From contig WGNH01000021.1 of assembly GCA_016124665.1 (NCBI GenBank), positions 19,837-83,836 on the forward strand: a stretch of DNA of 64,000 nucleotides, in the 5' to 3' direction. The notes beneath the pieces are model-generated. The model was not told where the DNA came from. It worked only from the letters and a program-made list of their open reading frames with translations, and searched no databases. Positions 46,108 to 54,036 of the stretch are shown here, piece by piece; position 1 is the stretch's first letter, and each line of letters begins with the position of its first letter. Source of the DNA: Alphaproteobacteria bacterium (GTDB lineage Bacteria > Pseudomonadota > Alphaproteobacteria > Caulobacterales > Maricaulaceae). A program made the position numbers and the translations under genes.

Positions 46108-47815
46108 GCTGATCACCGCCGGATTGTCACCGGCCTTTCCGGTCATCATTGCCGGCCTCCTGGCCGCGATCTCACCGTCCTACACGCTGCGCAAGATGCT
46201 GATGATCGCCGCGCCGCTGGCCGCGGCCGCGGTCTGGTTCATGACCCCGGAAGTCGGGATTTTCGGCCTGATCGATCTTGCCGGTTTTGAATTCGAGACC
46301 TACCGCTTTGACCCGCTGTCGCGGGTCTGGGGGCTGGTCTTCATTCTCGCCATCTTCCTGAACTCCATCTACGCGCTGCATGACCGCGACCGGCTCGCGG
46401 ATTCGACCACGCTGATCTATTCCGGCGCGGGGCTGGGTGCGGTGTTTGCCGGTGATTTGCTGACGCTGTTTTTCTACTGGGAACTGACGGCGATCTCGTC
46501 GGTATTCCTGATCTGGACCAGCCGCAATCCGGAAGCCTTCCGCGCCGGGCTGCGCTATCTGTCCATCCATGTCCTGTCCGGCGTCCTGCTGCTGGCGGGT
46601 GCTGTTCTCTACGCCAATCATTCCGGCAGCTGGCAGTTCAACGCGATTGATGTGAATGCGCCGGGCGGCCTGCTGATCCTGCTGGCCTTCGGCGTCAAGG
46701 CGGCCTTCCCGCTGATGCATAACTGGCTGCAGGATGCCTATCCGAAAGCCACGGCCACCGGGGCTGTCGTGCTGTCTGCCTTTACGACCAAGCTGGCGAT
46801 CTATGCGCTAGCGCGCGGCTTTGCCGGACTGGATGTTCTGGTCTGGATCGGGGCGGTGATGGTCGCCTTCCCGGTTTTCTACGCGGTTATCGAAAACGAT
46901 CTGCGCAAGGTGCTGGCCTATTCGCTGAACAACCAGCTGGGCTTCATGGTGGCCGGCATTGGTGTGGGCACGGAGCTCGGCCTGAATGGCGCGGCCGCGC
47001 ACGCCTTCGTCCATATCATCTACAAGGCGCTGCTGTTCATGAGCATGGGCGCGGTGTTGATGCGGGTCGGGCATACGAAGGCATCGGAGCTGGGCGGGCT
47101 GTACAAATCCATGCCGTTTACGGCGTTTTTCTGTCTGATCGGGGCGGGGGCGATCTCGGCCTTCCCGCTCTTCTCCGGATTCGTGGCCAAGGCGCTGACG
47201 CTGTCGGCGGTCGCCTATGGCGGTTACGAGATACCGTTTGTGATCCTGGTCTTTGCCTCGGCCGGTGTGCTGGAACACTCAGGCATCAAGATTCCGTATT
47301 TCGCCTTCTTCAGCCATGACCGGGGGCATCGTGTGAAGGAAGCGCCCTGGAACATGTTACTGGCGATGGGGCTGGCCTCCTTCCTGTGCATCTATCTGGG
47401 GATCAATTACGGCGCGCTCTACAGCCTGTTGCCATACCCGGTGGCGTACGAGCCCTATACATTCGACCATGTGGTCGGGCAGATGCAGCTGCTGCTGGCG
47501 GCGCTGTTCGCCTTCACCTTCCTGGTGAAATTCAAGCTCTATCCGGAGGAGGTGCGGTCCATCAATCTGGATACGGACTGGTTCTACCGGCGGTTCGGGG
47601 ATGGCCTGTTCCGCTGGACCGGGGCGATAAGCGGCCGGTTGTCAGCAGCCATTTCCAACCGCATCGGCCGGGGCGGAAAGGTGATTGCGGACAAGCTGTT
47701 CAATCTGTTCAGCCCGGCCGGAGCTCTCAGCCGTGATGTCCCGAGCGGGATTATGGCGATCTGGACGAGCGTCTTGCTCGGCCTCGTCATGGTCATCGCC
47801 TATCTCGCCGGATAG
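46100..47815 (+). CDS. Na+/H+ antiporter subunit D / NuoL-M-like subunit, copy 3
   Basis: Start chosen at MTELITAGLSPAFPVIIAG. Contains MHNWLQDAYPKATATGAVVLSAFTTK and YSLNNQLGFMVAGIG. 571 aa. Confidence 0.88.
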   Translation: MTELITAGLSPAFPVIIAGLLAAISPSYTLRKMLMIAAPLAAAAVWFMTPEVGIFGLIDLAGFEFETYRFDPLSRVWGLVFILAIFLNSIYALHDRDRLADSTTLIYSGAGLGAVFAGDLLTLFFYWELTAISSVFLIWTSRNPEAFRAGLRYLSIHVLSGVLLLAGAVLYANHSGSWQFNAIDVNAPGGLLILLAFGVKAAFPLMHNWLQDAYPKATATGAVVLSAFTTKLAIYALARGFAGLDVLVWIGAVMVAFPVFYAVIENDLRKVLAYSLNNQLGFMVAGIGVGTELGLNGAAAHAFVHIIYKALLFMSMGAVLMRVGHTKASELGGLYKSMPFTAFFCLIGAGAISAFPLFSGFVAKALTLSAVAYGGYEIPFVILVFASAGVLEHSGIKIPYFAFFSHDRGHRVKEAPWNMLLAMGLASFLCIYLGINYGALYSLLPYPVAYEPYTFDHVVGQMQLLLAALFAFTFLVKFKLYPEEVRSINLDTDWFYRRFGDGLFRWTGAISGRLSAAISNRIGRGGKVIADKLFNLFSPAGALSRDVPSGIMAIWTSVLLGLVMVIAYLAG

Positions 47816-47946
47816 CGGTTATCCTCCTTACGCAGGCCTGCATCTTTAAGGTGCATATTGCCATCATGCGATCAACATAGGAATGTTATCCTCACATTTC
47901 CGAAACACTCTTATGATGCGCTCAGGAGTGAAGAACGGATGGAAAA

Positions 47947-48294
47947 ATGTGTGGACAGCAATTTATCGAACGGGATCTGGCGCGTGCCCGGCTGGCGCGG
48001 GATACCGTTGCCTTTGCCTTCAATGTGCCAGCCGATGAAATCGCCGCGCCGACACGGCGCTCCTGCGAGGTCGCCTTTGCCCGGCAAGTGGCCATGTATC
48101 TGTCGCATGTGGCGTTCGAGCTGAATCTGGCGCGGGTCGGACAGGCTTTCGGGCGGGACCGGTCCACGGCGGCCTATGCCTGTCAGATTGTCGAGGACCG
48201 CCGCGATGACCCGGATTTCGATGCCTGGCTCGACGGGCTGGAGGAATGCCTGCGGACGGCGCCGGAGCCCCGGTCCCTGAGCGAGGCGATGTGA
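47947..48294 (+). CDS. DnaA domain IV-like helix-turn-helix protein (stand-alone)
   Basis: RRSCEVAFARQVAMYLSHVAFELNLARVGQAFGRDRSTAAYACQIVEDRRDD aligns by eye with E. coli DnaA domain IV ([51 protein letters not shown]). Confidence 0.7.
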   Translation: MCGQQFIERDLARARLARDTVAFAFNVPADEIAAPTRRSCEVAFARQVAMYLSHVAFELNLARVGQAFGRDRSTAAYACQIVEDRRDDPDFDAWLDGLEECLRTAPEPRSLSEAM

Positions 48295-49046
48295 TGACGG
48301 GTTTGCCAAAATGGCAAAAGCGTCTGGCGATCCCCGGCGCGGTTCTGAAGCCGCTGCCCGGCGGCGGGTCGCATTATGGCGTTTTCCCGAGGGGCGATCA
48401 GCGGCGCCGGCCGCTGGTCCGTCTGGAGCGCCAGAGCGTGCTGCGGGCCCGCGCCGAAGGCGTCATCACCGAGATTGCGCCGGAGTGTTTCCGGTTGGCG
48501 CAGACGCCGGATATTCTGTCGCAACGGCGGCGCGGAAATTATCAGGCCCTGCATGCCGTCAGCCAGACGAAGCGTTTTATCGACGCGGACGGGCATATCG
48601 CACAGCGCGACGTCAATCTGGCGGCGTCGCCGCTTGCCCGCTGGATGAAGCCAGACCGCCGGACCGGGACGAGCTGGTTGACGCAGGAAGAATTCGAGGC
48701 CGGGGAAAGATTGCGGGCCGATTATCACCGCTCCGTGCTCGCCGACCGGATCACGTCTGACTGGGACAGCTATCTGGCCCCCGTCAGATCCGGACGGCCG
48801 CGGGCGCCGGAAGAGGCACCGCTTTCCGCGCAGGATGCAAAGGACCGTGTGTTGGCGGCGCTTGCAGCCGCGGGGCCCGGCCTGGACCGGATATTGAGCG
48901 CGGTGTGTCTGCGCGAGACCGGGCTGGAGGCCGCCGAACAGGCGGACAACTGGCCGCGCCGGTCGGGAAAGGCGATGCTCAAACTGGCCCTGCAAAGGCT
49001 GGCCATCCATTACGGCATGATCCGCAAGGCTGATGTCAGTCTGTGA
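48294..49046 (+). CDS. DUF6456-like hypothetical protein
   Basis: Start chosen at MTGLPKWQKRL, overlapping the upstream stop (GTGATGA). The family name is recalled from this gene pairing in alphaproteobacteria and has not been verified. Confidence 0.55.
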   Translation: MTGLPKWQKRLAIPGAVLKPLPGGGSHYGVFPRGDQRRRPLVRLERQSVLRARAEGVITEIAPECFRLAQTPDILSQRRRGNYQALHAVSQTKRFIDADGHIAQRDVNLAASPLARWMKPDRRTGTSWLTQEEFEAGERLRADYHRSVLADRITSDWDSYLAPVRSGRPRAPEEAPLSAQDAKDRVLAALAAAGPGLDRILSAVCLRETGLEAAEQADNWPRRSGKAMLKLALQRLAIHYGMIRKADVSL

Positions 49047-49458
49047 TGCCGGCCTCGGCGCGGATGCGGCCGATCATGGCGTTGAGACCGTTGGAGCGCT
49101 GCGGCGACAAATGCTCGGCGAGACCGATACGGGCGAGGATGTCTCTCGGCTCGATGGCCGCGATATCTTCCCGCGTGCGTCCGGAATAGAGGCGCACCAG
49201 AAGCGCGGCGAGGCCTTTGACAATGTGGGCATCGGAATCCGCACGGAAGCGGAAATGGCCATTGTCGGGCGGATCAATCACCAGCCAGACGCGGCTGGTA
49301 CAGCCCTTGACGCGGCGGTCCTCGGTCTTTTCATCCTCGGGGAGGGGCGGCATTTCCTGCCCCAGATCGATGAGATAGCGGTAACGCTCTTCCCAGTCAC
49401 CAAGGAATTCGAACTCCTCGATCAGGCCGTCAATTTCGGATTTTGTGTCGGGGCTCAT
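49036..49458 (-). CDS. sufE: SufE family cysteine desulfuration protein
   Basis: EDEKTEDRRVKGCTSRVWLV (active-site Cys context) and LSPQRSNGL. Confidence 0.9.
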   Translation of the reverse strand: MSPDTKSEIDGLIEEFEFLGDWEERYRYLIDLGQEMPPLPEDEKTEDRRVKGCTSRVWLVIDPPDNGHFRFRADSDAHIVKGLAALLVRLYSGRTREDIAAIEPRDILARIGLAEHLSPQRSNGLNAMIGRIRAEAGITD

Positions 49459-49497
49459 GCCCGGCGAATATAATGCCCCGGGCGGCAGGGCAAGGGA

Positions 49498-49773
49498 TCA
49501 GGACGCGTCCGCCGCAGATGCTTCACGTTCTTCCAGCCAGGTTTCGACCCGCGACAGGGATTCATTGGCGGCGATTGCGGCCAGACCGCCGGCCTCATCG
49601 GCCAGATCGCAGAGCGCCGGGAGGTCGGCGCAAACCTGCTGCAGACGCTGGCCCTGCGCGATCAGATCGGTCAGCTCGTCCGGCGCACGAACATCATCGG
49701 TGGAGAAGACACTCGCCGGCGCAAATGCGGCAACGACGGCCATCCAGAAAATCGCTCGAAATGCAAAACCCAT
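49498..49773 (-). CDS. hypothetical small exported protein
   Basis: Start chosen at MGFAFRAIFWMAVVAAFAPA (signal-like). No family recognised. Confidence 0.45.
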   Translation of the reverse strand: MGFAFRAIFWMAVVAAFAPASVFSTDDVRAPDELTDLIAQGQRLQQVCADLPALCDLADEAGGLAAIAANESLSRVETWLEEREASAADAS

Positions 49774-49979
49774 GGCCCCGCCAATCCCTTGATCACCTGC
49801 AGTTCTCCACTGCAAGAAGGAGGCTAGCGGATGGGCAGCGCGGTTTCCATCAAAACGCGTATTAATAGAAAATAAATACCAAATGGCTCGACGAAAATTC
49901 TAATAAATAGAAAATGAAACAGAATCTTTACTTGGCATTTACCCTGTACCGGAATGAAGCAGATCCGGGCGCATGGCGT

Positions 49980-50990
49980 CTATTGCTGCCGGTCCTGCGC
50001 CGCTTCGAGACACTCCGAGACCTCGATGAGGGCATGCTGGGCAATGCAAAAGGAGTCTTCATATTCGAAATGCGCGGCGGCGACGCACTGGGCGAGATTG
50101 ATCCGCGCCCAGGAAATGCAGCGCTGTGCCAGCGGGTCGGCCAGCAATGACTGGATCGAGTCTTCGGTATAGCGCGTGTCCTCGCCGATCGCGCGCAAGG
50201 CGGCGATGGACAGAATCCGCCCGACGCGGACCCGGTCGGGTTCATACGGCACATCCGCCTCCAGTGTCAGGTTCGGCGTCGTGGCCGGCAGGCCCGGCCG
50301 CGGCGTGCTTTCGAGGAACAGGCCGGAGGCCGCGCCGATATCGGCTTCGCTGAAGAAGCTGGTTGTGAACAGATCATTGGCCAGCGGTGCCGAAACATCG
50401 TCAGCGGCGCGGAGGGCGGCCAGACGGTTCTGCCGGTCGCGGGCGATGGCATTGGCCCAGCGCTCATTCTGGAGGTCATAGGCGGCCAACCGGTATTGCT
50501 CGCCGAGATTCCGGATTTGCGAGGAATCGGCATCAATGGCGTCGAGCACGGATTCGCTCGCCTGATCGGCATAGCGGAAGGCGCCGGCATAGGCCGGATC
50601 ATTGGCGAGGGCGGCAATGGCGGCGTCGCGGCCGTAATAATCGGCGACATCGCGCACATCATCCAGGAATTGCGGATGCTGCTCGGCGATCAGCGAGGAA
50701 TAGGCCAGCCAGGCCCGGACCAGGCGTTCGCGCGCCAGATAGACGGAAATTTCGTCCATGGACTGATCAAGCACGGCACCCGAAGTGATTTCGCGGTCGC
50801 GGATATTGCCAAGCGTGCGGTGAAATCCGGCATACTGGCTGGCCGAGCGGAGCACGATGTCATTATTCACGTCCGGGGCGGTTTCCACCGCATCCAGCCG
50901 CAGCACGGGTTCTTCACCGGCAGCCTGAGTGCTGCCGTCATCCTGAAGAAGGGAGACCATGGCCATCGCAGAAAACAAGATATTAAGCAC
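49980..50990 (-). CDS. hypothetical protein
   Basis: 336-aa ORF. GTG start with AGGAGAG 7 nt upstream. Codon usage looks like that of its neighbours. No family recognised. Confidence 0.6.
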   Translation of the reverse strand: MLNILFSAMAMVSLLQDDGSTQAAGEEPVLRLDAVETAPDVNNDIVLRSASQYAGFHRTLGNIRDREITSGAVLDQSMDEISVYLARERLVRAWLAYSSLIAEQHPQFLDDVRDVADYYGRDAAIAALANDPAYAGAFRYADQASESVLDAIDADSSQIRNLGEQYRLAAYDLQNERWANAIARDRQNRLAALRAADDVSAPLANDLFTTSFFSEADIGAASGLFLESTPRPGLPATTPNLTLEADVPYEPDRVRVGRILSIAALRAIGEDTRYTEDSIQSLLADPLAQRCISWARINLAQCVAAAHFEYEDSFCIAQHALIEVSECLEAAQDRQQ

Positions 50991-51080
50991 GATCGAACTC
51001 TCCTATGCCCACAGGCGGTATTTTCCGTATCTTGAACCGAGTAAAGCGCAAGCGCCAGTCACCCGCAGATATTCTTTCAT

Positions 51081-51350
51081 CTAGGGTAAGGACCTATTAA
51101 TATGACGGTAATGGCGACCGGGATGACAAGAGATGCGAGGAAAAGTCCGCAGAGCGGGGCCTTTCCCCCGGTCGAGGGCTTTGACAAAGCAGATCGACGT
51201 CATCATGGCCGTCCTTCGGACCGGGCAGCTTTGCACGGGCTACTTCGTCGCAACCCCTTGAAAGGCATTGGCCTTCCGGCGGGTTTTCTCCTTGTATCCG
51301 CACAAATCCGCTCCGGCCATTACAGTCAGATTAGCAGGTCCTGACCCTGG
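51081..51350. mobile_element. MITE-like non-autonomous element, copy A (more degenerate ends)
   Basis: 270 bp. Aligns without indels to 60910..61179, with about 24 mismatches by my manual alignment. The ends CTAGGGTAAGGACCT... and ...CAGGTCCTGACCCTGG are inverted repeats. Confidence 0.7.
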
Positions 51351-51472
51351 GTCTTGATGAAGTGTTGCGTTAACGATTTCCGGCCCCGGATTAACGTCTT
51401 GTTAAGTGGGGGCGACAAGGTTTGATGTGCGGCCATTTACCGAGTCGCGACAACCGGAGGCCTTCGCCGATA

Positions 51473-53167
51473 ATGCGTTTGATCACCCCGCTCCTCCGAC
51501 ATGGCGGACTCTTGGCTCACCTGACATGGGTGAGCGTTCTTCTGGCTGTTGCGCCCCTGATCATCGACGCCTCTCCTGCGCCTCTGCCGGTGGCCGTGGC
51601 GGGGATCGCCGCGGGTCTGACACCCGGCCTGGCCGGTCTGCTGCTGGCGCGGCAAGGCACGCCGGCATTCGGCCGGCTGGTGCTGGCCCTGCTGTGGGTA
51701 TCACTGGCCGCTTCCGTCACCGCAGCGTCCGGCGGCCTGTTCGGTCCCGCGGCGCTGGCTTTCCTGCTTCCGGTTGCGGCGGCCGCCTCCTATGCCGACC
51801 GGCGAACGGTGGTGGAGTCAGCAGCCCTGGCCGGGCTGACAGCGCTCCTGGCGGGCGCGCTGCAGCTGGCCGGATTCCTGACCGCCCCACCGGGCGCGCT
51901 GACGGTGTTCGCGCCGGGCTTTCTTGCCGCCGCCTCTTTCATCACCCTTGCATTCACGTTCTCTGCCTTGCGCGGATTGCGGTCGCGCAGCCTGTTGCGC
52001 GCCCTTGCCGCGAAGTATCTGGTCCGTAGCCGCGCCTTCGAGCAGGCACCGCTGGCGCTGGTGGCGGAGAAAAATGGCGAGATTATTGCCTGTTCACGGG
52101 TGACGCGCGATCTGATGCCGGGAATGCCGCCGCATATGGATGGCGTGCCGGTCTCCGACCTGGCCTTTGACGCTGACGATTCCGCCGCTTTCCGGCTGGC
52201 GGCTGACCAGACACCGGCCCGGGCCGAAATCCGCGGCGCAAGCGGGCGGCCCGAAGCGGTGCAACTCTTCCGCTCGGATGGCGGCGTGATTGCCATTGTC
52301 TCGACCGATGCTTTCGACAGCCCGGTCCGGGCGGCCAACGAACAACTGGTCATGGAGCGCGACACGGCGCTGGCCGAAACCCACGCCAAATCCGAATTCC
52401 TGGCCTCTGTCAGCCATGAGATCCGCACGCCGCTCAACGCCATCATCGGGTTTTCCGACGCAATGAAGTCGCGGCTGTTCGGGCCGGTACCGGCGAAATA
52501 TGCCGAATATGCCGAGCTGATCCATGAAAGCGGGCGCCATCTGCTCGAGCTGATCGGCGATGTGCTCGATCTCTCCAAGATCGAGGCCGACAGCTATTCA
52601 CTGAGCCATGAGGCGTTTGACGCCGGCGATGTCATCGAGCTGTGCACCCGCATGCTGTCGCAGCGCGCCGAGGATGCCGGGGTGACGATCGAGCTGGATG
52701 CCGCCGGGCCGATCCCTGTCCGTGCTGACCGCAAGGCGTTGCGCCAGATCCTGCTGAACCTGCTGTCCAACGCCATCAAGTTCACCCCGCGTGATGGTGT
52801 GATCGTGGTCATGGCCAAGGCACGCGGCGGCGATCTGACACTGGCTGTCGGGGATAGCGGGCCGGGCATTGCTCCGGCGGAGCTGGCGCAGCTGGGGCAA
52901 CGCTACATGCAGGCCTCGACAACGGAGCAGACGGTGGATCGCGGCTCGGGCCTCGGCCTGTCCCTGGTCAAGGCGCTTGCCGAAATGCATGGCGGCGGGA
53001 TGACGATCAAGAGCGCGCTCGGTGAGGGCACAACCGTGTCCGTGACATTGCCGGTGATCCGGCACGTTGACGGGGAAGACACCGGGCGGGAGGATCCGCT
53101 TGAAGTGCATTCGCGTATCCATCGGGCCCAGCAAGCCGGCCAATCGCTGGCGTCATCGGCCGGCTGA
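51473..53167 (+). CDS. membrane-bound sensor histidine kinase (HisKA + HATPase_c)
   Basis: The ORF opens at 51422; the MRLITPLL start at 51473 is equally possible. Multi-TM N-terminus. H-box FLASVSHEIRTPLNAI, N-box LLNLLSNAIKFT, G-boxes DSGPGI and GSGLGLSLV. No response regulator is adjacent. Confidence 0.88.
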   Translation: MRLITPLLRHGGLLAHLTWVSVLLAVAPLIIDASPAPLPVAVAGIAAGLTPGLAGLLLARQGTPAFGRLVLALLWVSLAASVTAASGGLFGPAALAFLLPVAAAASYADRRTVVESAALAGLTALLAGALQLAGFLTAPPGALTVFAPGFLAAASFITLAFTFSALRGLRSRSLLRALAAKYLVRSRAFEQAPLALVAEKNGEIIACSRVTRDLMPGMPPHMDGVPVSDLAFDADDSAAFRLAADQTPARAEIRGASGRPEAVQLFRSDGGVIAIVSTDAFDSPVRAANEQLVMERDTALAETHAKSEFLASVSHEIRTPLNAIIGFSDAMKSRLFGPVPAKYAEYAELIHESGRHLLELIGDVLDLSKIEADSYSLSHEAFDAGDVIELCTRMLSQRAEDAGVTIELDAAGPIPVRADRKALRQILLNLLSNAIKFTPRDGVIVVMAKARGGDLTLAVGDSGPGIAPAELAQLGQRYMQASTTEQTVDRGSGLGLSLVKALAEMHGGGMTIKSALGEGTTVSVTLPVIRHVDGEDTGREDPLEVHSRIHRAQQAGQSLASSAG

Positions 53168-54007
53168 CAGCACCGGCGAGGATCTGACAAAGGCGAGCGC
53201 GGCGGCAAAATCGCCAATCCCGACATATTGCGAGGTGACCAGATTTCCCTGGGCATCAAAGGCCTCGATCAGGGCCGCTTCACGCGGGTCCAGCCGCGCA
53301 AAGGCGGCCAGCGCCTCTTCGCTGAAGCGGAAATAGGCAAGGTCTTCATCCGACCAGCGTGACGCCGGAAGAAAGCTGGTCTTGCCTTCAGCAGGCGGCA
53401 GGTAATCTGTCCAGGCGGGCATGCCCGCAACGTCCAGCAAGCCGCCCAGGCTGGGATCATGCAGCGCCGGTGCGAGATCGGGATTACGCACATGCAGGGT
53501 CACGGCAGCGATTTGCGAAGTCAGATTTGCCGCAATTGTGAGGGCATGGACCTGTTCTGTATTATAGAGCCCCACGCGCAGGGGATGGTCTGCTGCGGGC
53601 AGGATCTGCGAGATCACCCAGCTGTCATAGCCATAGGGCCGGCTGGCCTGCCAGGGAGCGGGGGCACCGGCATAATTCTGGAACCGCTCCCGCTGCCACC
53701 CGGCGAAAGCCGAGCGGATATCCGCAGCAATGGCGAGCGTGGCATCGCTTGAGCAGGGCTGGTTGGCCGCATTCCGTGTGATCTGATCGTAGGTGTGGTC
53801 AATCCGGTCGGCGCGATAACCGGCGCGGAGCAGATCGCCGCGGGCCTGCAGATAGGCCCCTTCCAGCGCCAGACGCTGATTGTCCGAAAACAGGCTGCAG
53901 CGGTCATCCAGCGCGCGGGCGAGGGCGCGCTGCGCAAAGATGTCACGATCAGTCTGGGCGTCCGCTCCGGCACTCAGCAGCACCAGAGCCGCAATGGCGG
54001 TCCGCAT
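53153..54007 (-). CDS. hypothetical exported protein
   Basis: Signal peptide MRTAIAALVLLSAGADAQ with GGGGAG upstream. No family recognised. Confidence 0.6.
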   Translation of the reverse strand: MRTAIAALVLLSAGADAQTDRDIFAQRALARALDDRCSLFSDNQRLALEGAYLQARGDLLRAGYRADRIDHTYDQITRNAANQPCSSDATLAIAADIRSAFAGWQRERFQNYAGAPAPWQASRPYGYDSWVISQILPAADHPLRVGLYNTEQVHALTIAANLTSQIAAVTLHVRNPDLAPALHDPSLGGLLDVAGMPAWTDYLPPAEGKTSFLPASRWSDEDLAYFRFSEEALAAFARLDPREAALIEAFDAQGNLVTSQYVGIGDFAAALAFVRSSPVLSAGR

Positions 54008-54036
54008 GGGTCACTCCCCTTATTCGGGAGTGAAGA

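Noticed and set aside
51102-51344. 80-aa ORF inside MITE copy A, with its counterpart at 60931..61173 in copy B and the minus-strand ORFs at 51097..51303 and 60107..61132
   Set aside because: Between the two copies about 13 of 80 codons differ by non-synonymous changes, which shows no purifying selection. The ORFs span the inverted-repeat arms. The 341-aa minus-strand ORF is otherwise antisense to the channel gene.
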